DNA of 64,000 nucleotides from an uncultured Methylomirabilota bacterium (GTDB lineage: Bacteria > Methylomirabilota > Methylomirabilia > Methylomirabilales > 2-02-FULL-66-22): the NCBI GenBank assembly GCA_963705305.1, contig OY970067.1, forward strand, positions 2,976,001-3,040,000, given 5' to 3'. Position 1 is the stretch's first letter; each line of letters begins with the position of its first letter. The notes below the pieces were generated by a model, which was given only the letters and a program-made list of their open reading frames with translations, was not told where the DNA came from and searched no databases. Both the position numbers and the translations under genes were made by a program. This document shows positions 9,748 through 20,948 of this stretch, in pieces.

Positions 9748-11775
9748 TCAGGAGGCCGGATCGACGAGGTGGAGTTCCTGCCCGGGACGGATGGCGGCAT
9801 CCTTGGAGAGTTTGTTCCAGCGCCGGAGGTCCTCGGGCGAGACCCCAAAGGCTTGCCCGATCTCCCAGAGGGTGTCACCCTGCTTGACCACATACCGCCG
9901 CTTGGCAGCCGGGCGGGAGGACGAATGTCGGACAGGCGCGGCAGGTGTCCGAACAGCAGCCGCCTGAATCTCTGCAGGGGAGACGACCAGCAGTGTCTGC
10001 CCGGGACGGAGAGCGGCATCCCTCGAGAGCCTGTTCCAGCGCCGGAGATCGTTCAGCGAGACGCCAGAGCTCTTGGCGATCCACGACAGTGTGTCCCCCG
10101 GCCTCACCACGTATGTGCGCCCGGCGTGGCGCACCGGCGCAGCCGAGGGGGCGGTCCGGGTTGCCTTCGCCAGCGCGACCGTCCCGCTTTCAGCCGAGGA
10201 GGGAATGCGCAGGAGCATGCCCACCTTCAGAGCCTGGCGCTTGCCGAGGCCGTTCATCTCCGCGAGCGCCTCCGGATCGACCCGGTACTGACGGGCAACA
10301 CGACGAAGCGTCTCCCCCTTGCGGACCCGGTGGGTCGCCCACCGGACGCGCTCCGCCGGTGGGATGCGCGAGATGGCTTCCAGGAACGTCTCCGTGCGTC
10401 CGGCCGGGATGCGGAGGGAGTAGCGCGAAACATCCGGGGGAGTCGTCCCGCGGGTCAACTCAGGATTTAACTCCCGGATCCGTTCGACGGACGTGCCGGC
10501 AGCCTGCGCCGCGATCTTCAAATCGGTGGGGTGCAAGAGCCGAACCGTCTCACTTTCCAGGCCCTTTTCCGGTGGCACGGAAAACCCATACCGCTCGGGG
10601 TAGTGGGAGATGAGGGTCATGGCCATGATCGCCGGCACGAAGAGCTTGGTCTCCCTGGGAAGCTTGAGCGACCAGAAATCGCGCGTGCGCTGCCGCTGGA
10701 TGGCCCGCTGCAGCGCCCCCTCCCCGAGATTGTAGGCGGCGAGAGCCAGGGGCCATGAATCGAACATTTCGTGAAGCGTCTTCAAATACTCGGCCGCGGC
10801 GCGGGTGGATTTTTCGGGGTCGCGCCGTTCGTCCAGCCACCAGGAGGTGTGCATCCCGAAGAGGCGGGCCGTCGAAGGAATAAACTGCCAGATGCCTGCC
10901 GCCTTGGCCCGAGAGGTGGCGTGCGGATTCACGGCGCTCTCGATGAAGGCCAGGTTGGTGAGCTCTTCCGGCAGCGCCTTCTCCTGAAAGATCCGGCGCA
11001 TCATCGGGAGATACCGGCTGGCCCGCTCGAACGCCTGGGTGATGACGCCCCACTTGCGGGTCTGGAAATACTCCAGGAAGGACTCCACCTCATCGTTGAG
11101 GATGATAGGAAATTGCGATCCCTCCACCTCGGTTCCGACGTCCGGGGCCTCTTTTTCCTTGGCCGGGGCCTCGGTCACGGCCTGAATGTCGTCCGGTCCC
11201 AGCAGCGCCGGGGCGTCCAGTGGCGGCTCCTCGGCCGCGGTGGAATCGGAGTCGTCGGCCGACGAAGACGGCGATGCGACGTTTGTCATCGGCGCCGCCA
11301 GCTCCCTCACCCAGCTGGATGGAGGAAAGCTCACGGGACGCGTGACCGCTGCCAATCCGGCCGGGGGAGCGTAGACCGGATTGGTTGTCAGGAGAGTCTC
11401 CAGGGCGGCGTCGAATTCCCATTCGGCCTGATCGGCATCGCCGCTCTGCATCGCCTGGAGTCCGCGCTGGTAGTACGAGGTTGCGCGTCCCATGGCGACG
11501 GTCAGCGCCGCGGGCCCGGGCGGGGCCGCGGGGGCGGGGGCCGCGGCCGATCCGGGGCTGGTGATGGGAGCTGGGGGCGGGCTGCCGGAAGGCGATCCGA
11601 ACTGCAGGGTCCATTCGACTCCGCTCGAGAGCTCGCGACCCCGCGCCAAATCGGTGCGCTGCAAGGGGGACAGCCCCGAGACGGGAGACGTTGTCGCGCA
11701 TCCGGCGAGCAGGCTGGCCAGGAGGGCACACCACAGAAAGCTCAGGGGTCCAGGAGGTTGCCGAACCGGCATCAA
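9748..11775 (-). CDS. Lytic transglycosylase with three LysM domains (MltD-like lipoprotein)
   Basis: Lipobox LAGC; SLT motifs IES, AAGIWQF, LAAYNLG; three LysM repeats. Confidence 0.9.
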   Translation of the reverse strand: MMPVRQPPGPLSFLWCALLASLLAGCATTSPVSGLSPLQRTDLARGRELSSGVEWTLQFGSPSGSPPPAPITSPGSAAAPAPAAPPGPAALTVAMGRATSYYQRGLQAMQSGDADQAEWEFDAALETLLTTNPVYAPPAGLAAVTRPVSFPPSSWVRELAAPMTNVASPSSSADDSDSTAAEEPPLDAPALLGPDDIQAVTEAPAKEKEAPDVGTEVEGSQFPIILNDEVESFLEYFQTRKWGVITQAFERASRYLPMMRRIFQEKALPEELTNLAFIESAVNPHATSRAKAAGIWQFIPSTARLFGMHTSWWLDERRDPEKSTRAAAEYLKTLHEMFDSWPLALAAYNLGEGALQRAIQRQRTRDFWSLKLPRETKLFVPAIMAMTLISHYPERYGFSVPPEKGLESETVRLLHPTDLKIAAQAAGTSVERIRELNPELTRGTTPPDVSRYSLRIPAGRTETFLEAISRIPPAERVRWATHRVRKGETLRRVARQYRVDPEALAEMNGLGKRQALKVGMLLRIPSSAESGTVALAKATRTAPSAAPVRHAGRTYVVRPGDTLSWIAKSSGVSLNDLRRWNRLSRDAALRPGQTLLVVSPAEIQAAAVRTPAAPVRHSSSRPAAKRRYVVKQGDTLWEIGQAFGVSPEDLRRWNKLSKDAAIRPGQELHLVDPAS

Positions 11776-11930
11776 ATGCCCTCCGCCTAGGACTGCCCGG
11801 AATCAGGCAGCGATGACGGAAGTGATGTGTTTTGTCGGTCGTCCTTGAAGGCCCCTGAACGAGCGGGCACAAATACTGCCCTCCTTTTTACCTGTCACTG
11901 CGGTCTTTGTCAAGATCTGCTTGCCTGTTG

Positions 11931-13221
11931 TGAAGATGCTCTGAGAATTTGTCCTCCCCTAACTGCTCAGGGATTCTGTCCTCTCACCGAGAGGAGGACA
12001 GATGACCCTGACACCCGAAGAAGGACGGAGACTGCACGTGCTCACCCTCCTGGAAGGGAGACGGATCTCCCTGGGCCAGGCGGCCGAAGGGTTGGGCGTA
12101 ACTGCCCGGCAGGTCCGGCGGCTGCGGGTGAGGTTGCGCCGCGATGGCCCGGCGGCCCTGATCCATGGCAATCGGGGGCGGCACGCGTCCCATCGGCTCC
12201 CGGAGGAGCTCCAGACCCAGATCGTCACCTTCGCCCGCGGACGGTACACCGGCCTCAACGATGTCCACCTCACCGAGAAGCTCACCACCGTCGAAGGGCT
12301 CACCGTGAGCCGGGCCACGGTGCAGCGGGTGCTCCGGGCCGCGGGGCTCGTCTCGCCCGGGCGGCACCGGCCGCCCCGGCACGGGAGCCGACGCCCCCGG
12401 CGGGCCCACGCAGCCCCCCTGTAGCCTCCTGGGGGCCATCGACGATGCCACGGGGGCCGTCCTCGCGGCCACCTTCCGCGCCCAGGAAGATGCGGCGGGC
12501 TCCCTCACGCTCCTCCACACGGGGGGGCGCACCGTGGGGCTCCCGGCCGCGGTCGACCCGGATGCCCATGGCATCTTCGTGCGTCCCGATGCCCACTGGA
12601 CGCTCGCCGAGGAGCTCCAGGGGTTCCAGGACCCGCTGCAGGTCGGCCGGGCGCTGCAGGCGCTGGGGATTCACCACCTCGTCGCCGAGAGCCCGCAGGC
12701 CAAGGGCCGGATCGAGCGCCTCTGGAACACCTTGCAGGATCGCCTCGTGGCCGAACTTCGCCTGGCGGGCATCACGACGCTGGCGGCCGCGAACGTCTTC
12801 CTCGCGACGACCTTCCTCCCGGCCTTCAACGCCCAGTTCGCCGTGCCGCCCGCCGTGGCCGCCCCGGCGTACCGCCGGGTTCCCCGCGGGATCGACCTCA
12901 CGCGCCTCTGCGCCTTCCACTACGCGCGGCAGGTGGCCCTAGACAACACCGTGCGCGTGGACGAGGTGGTGCTCCAACTCGTCCCCGGCCCGTATCGCCG
13001 GAGTTACGCTCGAGCCCAGGCCGACGTCGCGCAGTGTCTCGATGGGTCCTGGCGGGTCTCCGTCGGGGACCGCCTCGTCGGCACGACGCCCGCCCCGCCC
13101 GATCCGGGGCAGCTCCGCGCCCGGAAGCGCCGGTGAGCCCCGCGGGCCCCGCGGGGTGGCATGGGCGCGCGAGGACATTTTCTCGGAGCAGTTAGGCGGA
13201 CATTTTCCCTGAGCACCGACA
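11931..13221 (+). mobile_element. Degenerate IS1202-like (ISNCY) insertion sequence
   Basis: Imperfect IRs with repeated subterminal TGCTC..GA..TGTCC units; 17-bp direct repeat GATCTGCTTGCCTGTTG at 11914-11930 and 13222-13238. Confidence 0.8.
12002..13136 (+). pseudogene. Transposase pseudogene (HTH plus rve-type core)
   Basis: N-terminal HTH ORF 12002-12424 (IHGNRGR) continues in another frame as LLGAIDDATG...SPQAKGRIERLWNTLQDRL. The segment with the first catalytic Asp appears deleted at the junction. Confidence 0.85.
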
Positions 13222-13360
13222 GATCTGCTTGCCTGTTGCGCGAGGGTGGGCTGCCGGCGCGGGGCTGGGGAGAGCGGCCGAGGAGCCGGAGGTGTCGAGG
13301 TCACCCGCCGGCTCCCACGGCGGTCGGCTTGGCGTCCCTTTGCAGACCCCGGAGCCGGGG

Positions 13361-13696
13361 TCAACGCGTGGATCGATCCACCCAGGTCAGGTAGGGTGCG
13401 CTGCCCGCGGCGATAGGCAGGGCGATAATCTCCGGCGTCGAGTAGGGGTGCAGCGTCTTGACCCGCCGGCTGAGGGCGGCGAAGCGGGCACGGCGGGTCT
13501 TCACGAGCAGCAGTGCCTCGGGGTCCCGGCAGAGGTCCCCCTCCCAGCGATAGAGGGAAGTCAAGCCGGGGACCAGGTTCACGCAAGCGGCGAGGCGCTC
13601 CTCCACCAGGATGCGGGCGAGCGACTCCCCGACGTCCGGGTTCGGGCAGGTGATCAGGACGACGATGCACGCTGGATGGGGAGATCGAGTCGCCAT
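13361..13696 (-). CDS. cutA: Divalent-cation tolerance protein CutA
   Basis: RLAACVN, SLYRWEG, LHPYSTPEIIALPI. Confidence 0.93.
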   Translation of the reverse strand: MATRSPHPACIVVLITCPNPDVGESLARILVEERLAACVNLVPGLTSLYRWEGDLCRDPEALLLVKTRRARFAALSRRVKTLHPYSTPEIIALPIAAGSAPYLTWVDRSTR

Positions 13697-13909
13697 GCTG
13701 TCCTCCGCGGGCTTCTAAGCCCCATTCCGAACATATCTCACCGCCAAGCGCCAAGAATGCCCTGGCGGGAATGAGCGGAAGGCCCAGGGGCTCGAGCCGC
13801 GTCAAATCCCCTAAAAGGGGCGTTCCAAAGCATCGATTCAAAGCCGCCGTACTCCTTGGACTGTGGAGTCTTGGCGTCATGGCGGCTCGCGAATGTTCTC
13901 GGTTCGAGG

Positions 13910-15079
13910 TTAGGAGGCGGGCATCTCGCCGATCCGGACCTTGACGCTGTGCGTGATCTTCTCCCGCAGTATGGTCACCTCAACGGTCTTGCCGATGTCC
14001 GCCTCGGCGATGACCTGTTGCAGCTGCCGCGGATCCTTAACCGGCGTTCCGTTCACGGCCAGGATCAGGTCGCCGGCCTTCAGACCCGCCGATTCGGCCG
14101 GACTCTTGGGCATCACCTGGCTCACCAGAACGCCCTCCGCGTCAACGCCGAAGCTCTTGGCCAGCTCGGGGGTGAGCGGCTGAATGCCGATGCCCAGCCA
14201 GCCTCGCGTGACCTTTCCCTTCGTCACCAGATCGTCGATTACTTTCCGGGCCATGTTGATCGGAATGGCAAAACCGATGCCCTGCCCCGCAGCGACGATG
14301 GCGGTATTGATGCCGACGACTTCACCCCTGATATTCAGCAGGGGGCCGCCGCTATTGCCGGGATTGATCGAGGCGTCCGTCTGAATGAAGTTCTCGTAGG
14401 TTGCGATCCCGACCTCCGACCGCCCGGTCGCGCTGATGACTCCGACGGTCAAGGTATGGTCCAGCCCAAAGGGATTTCCAATGGCAATGGCCCATTCGCC
14501 GACCCGAAGCGCGTCCGAATTGCCCAGCCGGGCTGCAGGGAGGTCCGCCTTGACTGGAACGCGGATCACGGCCAGGTCGGTCTTGGGATCGGTTCCGACG
14601 ACCCTCCCTTTGACTTCATGATTGTCGGCGAACTTCACAGTGATCTCGTCGGCATCCCGGATGACGTGGTTATTGGTGAGGATCAGCCCGCTCTTATCGA
14701 TGACCACACCCGACCCCAGGCTGGTGGTGGGCTGCCGGCGGTGGGGAGTTCCCTCAAAGAACCTGTCGAAGAAGTCCCGGAAGAACGGGTCGTTGCCGAA
14801 CGGCTGAAAGAACTCACCGGGGTTCCGCCCGGCACGGGACGTCACGGTGCTGATGTTGACCACGGATGGCGTGACGAGCTCCGCCACGCGCACGAATGGA
14901 CTGTCGGGTGTGGCAGCGTCCGAGACGGGGGGAAGCGAGGAGCGCAGGGGGATGGCGGCCGGCCCCCATGTGGGAGGAGTCGGCTTCGTCAAGGCGCTGT
15001 GCACGTATATGCCGAGGCTGAAGAAAATCAGGGCATACAGCACAAGGGTCAGGCCTTTGAACCAGCGCGTGCTTGTCAT
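13910..15079 (-). CDS. HtrA/DegP-family serine protease, one PDZ domain
   Basis: LTNNHV, DLAVI, QTDASINPGNSGGPL; N-terminal TM segment. Confidence 0.93.
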   Translation of the reverse strand: MTSTRWFKGLTLVLYALIFFSLGIYVHSALTKPTPPTWGPAAIPLRSSLPPVSDAATPDSPFVRVAELVTPSVVNISTVTSRAGRNPGEFFQPFGNDPFFRDFFDRFFEGTPHRRQPTTSLGSGVVIDKSGLILTNNHVIRDADEITVKFADNHEVKGRVVGTDPKTDLAVIRVPVKADLPAARLGNSDALRVGEWAIAIGNPFGLDHTLTVGVISATGRSEVGIATYENFIQTDASINPGNSGGPLLNIRGEVVGINTAIVAAGQGIGFAIPINMARKVIDDLVTKGKVTRGWLGIGIQPLTPELAKSFGVDAEGVLVSQVMPKSPAESAGLKAGDLILAVNGTPVKDPRQLQQVIAEADIGKTVEVTILREKITHSVKVRIGEMPAS

Positions 15080-15276
15080 GTCTGACCTTCCATTGTTTGG
15101 AGGGGAATGGGTCAATTAAAGGCTAGGTATCCTACAGTGTCAACACATAAGAGCGTCAATACATGGATGGAGAGCGTGGCAGGTCCGTACTGATCCATGG
15201 CTATTTACTTTATCGCTTTGTCTGACGAACACTGATAAGTACTCATCATCAATTGGTTATTTTCTTCATATAAGAA

Positions 15277-15306
15277 CTTGACAAGTAATGGCTCAAGTTT
15301 TATATT
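15277..15306 (+). promoter_or_regulatory. dnaK sigma70 promoter overlapped by a HAIR-like (HspR) operator
   Basis: TTGACA (15278)-N17-TATATT (15301). CTTGACA-N7-GCTCAAG (15277-15297) resembles HAIR CTTGAGT-N7-ACTCAAG, and hspR is in the same cluster. Confidence 0.75.
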
Positions 15307-15389
15307 GACTGCGTCATGATCCATTGAGCAGATGGAGAACGACGCGAACGTGAATCCATGGGCTGTCCCACAAAACCAGGAGGTAAAAA

Positions 15390-17312
15390 GTGGGGAAAGT
15401 TATCGGAATTGACCTTGGTACGACCAACTCAGTTGTAGCGGTGATGGAGGGTGGAGACCCTGTGGTCATCACCAATGCCGAGGGTGGTCGCCTGACGCCT
15501 TCCGTGGTCGGTTTTACGAAAGATGGCGAGCGGCTGGTGGGGCAAGTGGCGCGTCGCCAAGCCATCACCAATCCGGAGAATACCGTTTTCTCGATCAAGA
15601 GGTTCATGGGCAGACGATACGACGAGGTGACCCAGGAGATCAAGCTGGTGCCTTACAGGGTGGCCCGCGGGTCGAGCGGTGACGTTCGGGTGGAGGTGCG
15701 GGGGAAACAATACTCGCCGCCCGAGATCTCGGCCATGATCCTGCAAAAGCTGAAGGAGGCCGCGGAGGCTTACCTTGGTGAGAAGGTCACCCAGGCGGTC
15801 ATTACGGTGCCGGCGTACTTCAACGACAGCCAGCGGCAGGCGACCAAAGACGCGGGCACCATCGCCGGTCTCGAGGTTTTGCGGATCGTCAACGAACCGA
15901 CCGCCGCGGCGCTCGCCTATGGGCTGGACAAGAAGAAGGACGAGCGGATCGCCGTCTTCGACCTGGGCGGCGGAACCTTCGACATCTCCATCCTGGAGCT
16001 AGGGGAGGGGGTCTTCGAGGTCAAATCCACCAACGGCGACACCCACCTGGGTGGCGACGACTTCGACGACCGGGTCATCCAGTGGCTGGTGGCCGAGTTC
16101 AAGAAGGATCAGGGGATCGATCTGAGCAAGGACCGCATGGCCTTGCAGCGCCTGAAGGAGGCAGCCGAGAAGGCCAAGTGCGAGCTCAGCTCGACCATGG
16201 AGACCGAGATCAACCTGCCTTTTGTGACCGCGGATGCCTCGGGGCCGAAACACCTGAACCTGAAGCTGACCCGGGCAAAGCTGGAACAGCTGGTGGAGGA
16301 TCTGATCCAGCGGACCGTCGGCCCATGCCGCCAGGCTCTGAAGGACTCCGGCCTGGAGGCCAACCAGATCGACGAGGTGGTCCTGGTCGGCGGACAGACT
16401 CGGATGCCCAAGGTGCAGCAGATTGTGAAGGAGTTTTTCGGCAGGGAGCCCCACAAGGGGGTCAATCCGGACGAGGTCGTGGCTGTCGGCGCCGCCATCC
16501 AGGCCGGTGTGCTGGTGGGGGACGTGAAGGATGTGGTCCTGCTGGACGTCACCCCGCTTAGCCTGGGCATCGAAACCCTGGGCGGGGTGATGACCCGGCT
16601 GATCGAGCGGAACATGACCATCCCGACGCGGAAGAGCGAGATCTTCACCACCGCGGCGGACAATCAGACCAGCGTCGAGATCCACGTTCTGCAGGGCGAG
16701 CGCGAGATGGCCCGCGACAACCGGACACTCGGGAAGTTCCACCTGGTGGGCATCCCGTCGGCCCCGCGCGGCGTCCCGCAGATCGAGGTCGCCTTCGACA
16801 TCGACGCCAACGGCATCGTGAACGTCTCGGCCAAGGACCTGGCCACCGGGAAGGAACAGGCCATCACCATCACCGCCTCCTCAGGACTCGCGAAGGACGA
16901 TATCGACAAGATGGTGAAGGACGCCGAGGGGCACGCGGAGGATGATAAGAAGCGCCGGGCGGACATCGAGGCCCGTAACCAGGCCGATAGCATGGTCTAC
17001 AACACGGAGAAAATGCTCAACGAGAATCGGGAGAAGATCCCGGTGGCGGACATCAAACCCATCGAGGACGCCCTGGCCGCGGCCAAGGAAGCCCTGAAGA
17101 GCGAGGATATGGATCGGATCCGGCAGGCCATGGAGACGCTGACCAAGGCGTCGCACCATCTGGCCGAGGTGATGTACAAGCAGGCCCGCGAAAAACAGGC
17201 ACCTCCGGGTCCCGGCGACGCCAAGCAGGGCCAGCCGAAAGCCGACGGCCAGGCCCCGGAGGGCGAGGTGGTGGACGCCGAGTTCGAGGATCTGGGGAAG
17301 GGGAAGCGGTAA
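15390..17312 (+). CDS. dnaK: Chaperone DnaK
   Basis: [19 protein letters not shown] and full-length Hsp70; AGGAGG RBS. Confidence 0.98.
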   Translation: MGKVIGIDLGTTNSVVAVMEGGDPVVITNAEGGRLTPSVVGFTKDGERLVGQVARRQAITNPENTVFSIKRFMGRRYDEVTQEIKLVPYRVARGSSGDVRVEVRGKQYSPPEISAMILQKLKEAAEAYLGEKVTQAVITVPAYFNDSQRQATKDAGTIAGLEVLRIVNEPTAAALAYGLDKKKDERIAVFDLGGGTFDISILELGEGVFEVKSTNGDTHLGGDDFDDRVIQWLVAEFKKDQGIDLSKDRMALQRLKEAAEKAKCELSSTMETEINLPFVTADASGPKHLNLKLTRAKLEQLVEDLIQRTVGPCRQALKDSGLEANQIDEVVLVGGQTRMPKVQQIVKEFFGREPHKGVNPDEVVAVGAAIQAGVLVGDVKDVVLLDVTPLSLGIETLGGVMTRLIERNMTIPTRKSEIFTTAADNQTSVEIHVLQGEREMARDNRTLGKFHLVGIPSAPRGVPQIEVAFDIDANGIVNVSAKDLATGKEQAITITASSGLAKDDIDKMVKDAEGHAEDDKKRRADIEARNQADSMVYNTEKMLNENREKIPVADIKPIEDALAAAKEALKSEDMDRIRQAMETLTKASHHLAEVMYKQAREKQAPPGPGDAKQGQPKADGQAPEGEVVDAEFEDLGKGKR

Positions 17313-17378
17313 GCTGCCGGCCGGCGCCGGGTCCGTCGGGGACCCAGCGCGCCGGGCCACGCGAGGGGAGACGCAATC

Positions 17379-17825
17379 ATGGCTGTTGTGAAGTGGGATC
17401 CATTTCGGGACCTGCTCTCCATTCAGGACCGGATGAACAGGTTGTTCGAGCAGACGCTGTCTCGTTCCCGGCCGGAGGAGGGGATCTCGACATCCACGTG
17501 GGCTCCGGCGGTGGACATCTACGAGACGCCGGAGAATATTGTACTGAAGGCGGAGCTGCCGGGTCTCAGCCGGGAGGACATCGAGATCCACGTCCGCGAC
17601 AACATGTTGACCCTCAAGGGCGAGCGCCGTTTTTCCAAGGACGTGCAGGAGGAGAACTACCTGCGGATCGAGCGGGCCTACGGGGCCTTCGAGCGGAGCT
17701 TCACTTTACCCACCACCATCCGGCAGGACACCATCCGCGCGGTCTTCCGGGACGGCGTTCTGGAAGTCACGCTCCCGAAGGCCGAGGGGGCCAGGCCGAA
17801 AAAGATCCCCATTGAGGTCCGGTAG
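17379..17825 (+). CDS. Hsp20/alpha-crystallin small heat-shock protein
   Basis: WDPFRDL...PAVDIYET...ERAYGAFERSFTLP...DGVLEVTLPK. Confidence 0.93.
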   Translation: MAVVKWDPFRDLLSIQDRMNRLFEQTLSRSRPEEGISTSTWAPAVDIYETPENIVLKAELPGLSREDIEIHVRDNMLTLKGERRFSKDVQEENYLRIERAYGAFERSFTLPTTIRQDTIRAVFRDGVLEVTLPKAEGARPKKIPIEVR

Positions 17826-17886
17826 GATCCGGAGAAGATCTGCCTCGGAGCGGCCGTAGGGACCCGCAGGCGGGGCGAGGGGGGGC

Positions 17887-18348
17887 GTGGGACGGCAACC
17901 GTGGCTGGGGCCAGGCTGGGATCCTTCCGGCGATCTGGTCTCGATCCAGCAGCGGATGAATCAACTGTTCGAGATTTTGCTGGGGGCGAGGCCCGGAAAT
18001 CCGCAGGCGGTGGAGCGGACATGGGCGCCTGCCATGGATGTGTCGGAGACATTGACCGAGCTGCGGGTCCGAGTGGAGCTGCCCGGAATTCCTCGAAAGG
18101 ACATCGAGGCCTCCATCGTCAAGGGGGCCCTCGTGATCCGTGGGGAGCGGCGATCGGCGGCCGCCTCCGGGCAGGAGCAGCCGTTGCGGCTGGAGCGAAG
18201 CTCCGGGCCGTTCTATCGGAGTCTCGAGCTGCCGCCCAGCGTGGATCCCGACGGGGCGCGGGCGGTGTTTCGGGACGGGATCCTGGAGATCCGGATGCCC
18301 AAGCGGGCGGGGGCGACCTCACGGGCCATCAGCATGGAGGAATCATAG
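17887..18348 (+). CDS. Second Hsp20-family protein
   Basis: PAMDVSET...ERSSGPFYRSLELP...DGILEIRMPK; tandem paralog. Confidence 0.88.
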   Translation: MGRQPWLGPGWDPSGDLVSIQQRMNQLFEILLGARPGNPQAVERTWAPAMDVSETLTELRVRVELPGIPRKDIEASIVKGALVIRGERRSAAASGQEQPLRLERSSGPFYRSLELPPSVDPDGARAVFRDGILEIRMPKRAGATSRAISMEES

Positions 18349-18391
18349 GATGACAGACGGCTGGGCGGCCTGCCTCGGAGGATGAGCGAGG

Positions 18392-19507
18392 ATGACGAAG
18401 CAGGACTATTACGACGCGCTGGGGGTGCGGCGCGGGGCATCGGAGCAGGAGATCAAGCGGGCCTATCGGAAGCTGGCCCGGAAACACCACCCCGACGTCA
18501 ACCCCGGCAACAAGGCCGCTGAAGCCAAGTTCAAGGAGATCAGCGAGGCGTACGATGTCCTCAGCGATCCGGAGAAGCGCCGGCGCTACGACCAGCTCGG
18601 CCATGAGGCTTTCGCCCCGGGGGCTGGGGCCCGCGGGCCGGAGCCGGGTGCGGGTTTCCCCGGCTTTGACTTCAGCGACGTCAACATCGGCGGGGGCAAC
18701 TTCGGCGACCTGGGCGAGATCTTCTCCGACTTCCTCGGGCAGCGGGGATATTCGCAGGCTGCGGGTCCGGCCGCGGGGGAGGATCTGCACTACACCCTGG
18801 ACATCGGCTTTGAGGAGGCGATCCGCGGCCTGGCGACGGAGATCAACATTCAAAAGCGGTCTCCATGCGGGGTGTGCCACGGCAGCGGAGCCCGGCCCGG
18901 CAGCCCGCTGGATGTCTGTCCGAATTGTCACGGCAGCGGCCGTCTGGTCAGCCGAGGGCTCCTGCGGACGAGTCGGCCGTGCCCCCGCTGCCAGGGCAAC
19001 GGGAAGATCAGCCGGGAGGTCTGCACTGCCTGCGGCGGGCGCGGGGTCACGTTCGGAACGGAGCGCATCTCCGTCAAGATTCCGCCCGGAGTGGACAACG
19101 GCTCGCGGGTCCGGCTCCAGGGGAAGGGTGAGCCCGGGCGGAACGGCGGACCCCCTGGAGACCTCTACATTATCACGCGAGTCCGACCGCATGCTGTGCT
19201 GGAGCGGAAGGGGGATAATCTGCACGTGGAAGTTCCTGTCACCATCACCGAGGCCGCCCTGGGGGCCCGGATCGACGTGCCGAGCATCGACGGGACGACG
19301 ACCATGCGGATCCCCCCGGAGACCAGCAGCGGCCAGGTGTTTCGCCTGCGGGGCAAGGGCGTCCCTCACCTCAAGGGCGGCGGGCAGGGCGACCAGTTCG
19401 TGACGGTCAAGATCGTCGCGCCACGGAACCTGGACGCTCGATCCCAGGAACTTCTGCAGGAATTTGCCCGGCTGAATCCGGAGAATCCGCGGCAAGCGCC
19501 ACGGTAA
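18392..19507 (+). CDS. dnaJ: Chaperone DnaJ
   Basis: J-domain HPD, G/F region, four CxxCxGxG repeats. Confidence 0.96.
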   Translation: MTKQDYYDALGVRRGASEQEIKRAYRKLARKHHPDVNPGNKAAEAKFKEISEAYDVLSDPEKRRRYDQLGHEAFAPGAGARGPEPGAGFPGFDFSDVNIGGGNFGDLGEIFSDFLGQRGYSQAAGPAAGEDLHYTLDIGFEEAIRGLATEINIQKRSPCGVCHGSGARPGSPLDVCPNCHGSGRLVSRGLLRTSRPCPRCQGNGKISREVCTACGGRGVTFGTERISVKIPPGVDNGSRVRLQGKGEPGRNGGPPGDLYIITRVRPHAVLERKGDNLHVEVPVTITEAALGARIDVPSIDGTTTMRIPPETSSGQVFRLRGKGVPHLKGGGQGDQFVTVKIVAPRNLDARSQELLQEFARLNPENPRQAPR

Positions 19508-19577
19508 GAGTGGCGGCGGACAGCCCAGGCCTTGCCCGGCATGACGGTCCGGGTTGCGCTTCCGCCGGCGAGGGAAC

Positions 19578-19979
19578 ATGGCGAAACAGAAGCGGCCCCT
19601 GTACATGATCAGCGTCGTGGCGGAGATGTTCGACATCCATCCGCAGACCCTTCGGGCCTACGAGCGCGAGGGGCTGCTGCGGCCCGCTCGGACCGACGGA
19701 AACACGCGCCTGTATTCCCAGGAGGACATCGAGCGGATCGAGATGATCCTGCGGCTGACGAAAGACCTGGGGGTCAACCTGGCGGGGGTCGAGGTCATCC
19801 TGAACATGCTCGAGCGCATGGGCGATATGCAGGAACGCGTGAACCAGATGCTCCAGGAAATGCTCCGCCGGATGGAGGAAGAGGTCAAACATAGGCAGCA
19901 GGTGCAGGAGAACGCCGAAGGACTGGTGCCGCTGGGGCGGAAGGGCATCGTCCGGCAAGTGCCCATCGAAGAACGATAG
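19578..19979 (+). CDS. hspR: MerR-family heat-shock repressor HspR
   Basis: [39 protein letters not shown]...LGVNLAGV; directly after dnaJ. Confidence 0.88.
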   Translation: MAKQKRPLYMISVVAEMFDIHPQTLRAYEREGLLRPARTDGNTRLYSQEDIERIEMILRLTKDLGVNLAGVEVILNMLERMGDMQERVNQMLQEMLRRMEEEVKHRQQVQENAEGLVPLGRKGIVRQVPIEER

Positions 19980-20092
19980 ACCGCGGCGGAGCGGCGCGGC
20001 TTGACAGGCTGCGGCAGTCTCCTCTATGCTCCGTCCGGATGTGGGGAAAGAGGCGGGGACGGCTCGTCTCGCACATCGAAGGAGTTGGATTC

Positions 20093-20947
20093 ATGTCGAA
20101 CACGGTGAAGACTGCATTCCTGCTGACGGTTCTGACCGTCCTGCTCATGCTGATTGGCGGGATGGTCGGGGGGCAGCATGGCATGATCGTGGCGTTTCTC
20201 TTTGCCGGCGTGATGAACTTCGCCTCCTACTGGTGGTCGGATCGAATCGTCCTGTGGATGTACGGGGCGCAGGAGGCCACCGAGGCGGAGGCTCCCGAGC
20301 TCTACGCCATCGTGCGCCGCCTGGCCCAGCAGGCCGGCCTGCCCATGCCGCGCGTCTACGTCATCCCCACCGATACGCCAAATGCCTTTGCCACGGGACG
20401 CGACCCGGCCCATGCGGCCGTGGCCGCCACCCAGGGAATCCTGCGCCTCCTGACCCCGGACGAGCTGGAGGGGGTGATCGGCCACGAGCTGGGCCACGTG
20501 CGGAACCGCGACATCCTGATCTCGACCCTGGCGGCCACGCTGGCGGGGGCGATCATGATGTTGGCCCGCATGGCGCAATGGGCGGCCATCTTCGGTGTGG
20601 GCCGCAGCCAAGAGGACGAAGAGGGGGGCGGCGGCCTGATCGAAATGCTGGCACTGGCCATCATCGCCCCGCTGGCGGCCATGCTGATCCAGATGGCCAT
20701 CTCCCGGTCGCGGGAGTATCAGGCAGACGCGACGGGCGCCAAGATCAGCCACAAACCCTGGGCGTTGGCCGACGCGCTGGAGAAGCTGGAGCGGGCCGCG
20801 ACGGTCACGCCCATGCAGGCCAATCCCGCCACCGCCCACATGTTCATCGTCAACCCGTTGAGCGGGGCCAGCTTGCTGCGCCTCTTCTCCACGCATCCGC
20901 CCACCGAGGAGCGTGTGGCTCGTCTCCGATCCATGCGGGTCGGCTGA
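20093..20947 (+). CDS. htpX: Zinc metalloprotease HtpX
   Basis: [28 protein letters not shown]. Upstream TTGACA (20001)-N18-TATGCT. Confidence 0.95.
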   Translation: MSNTVKTAFLLTVLTVLLMLIGGMVGGQHGMIVAFLFAGVMNFASYWWSDRIVLWMYGAQEATEAEAPELYAIVRRLAQQAGLPMPRVYVIPTDTPNAFATGRDPAHAAVAATQGILRLLTPDELEGVIGHELGHVRNRDILISTLAATLAGAIMMLARMAQWAAIFGVGRSQEDEEGGGGLIEMLALAIIAPLAAMLIQMAISRSREYQADATGAKISHKPWALADALEKLERAATVTPMQANPATAHMFIVNPLSGASLLRLFSTHPPTEERVARLRSMRVG

Positions 20948-20948
20948 C

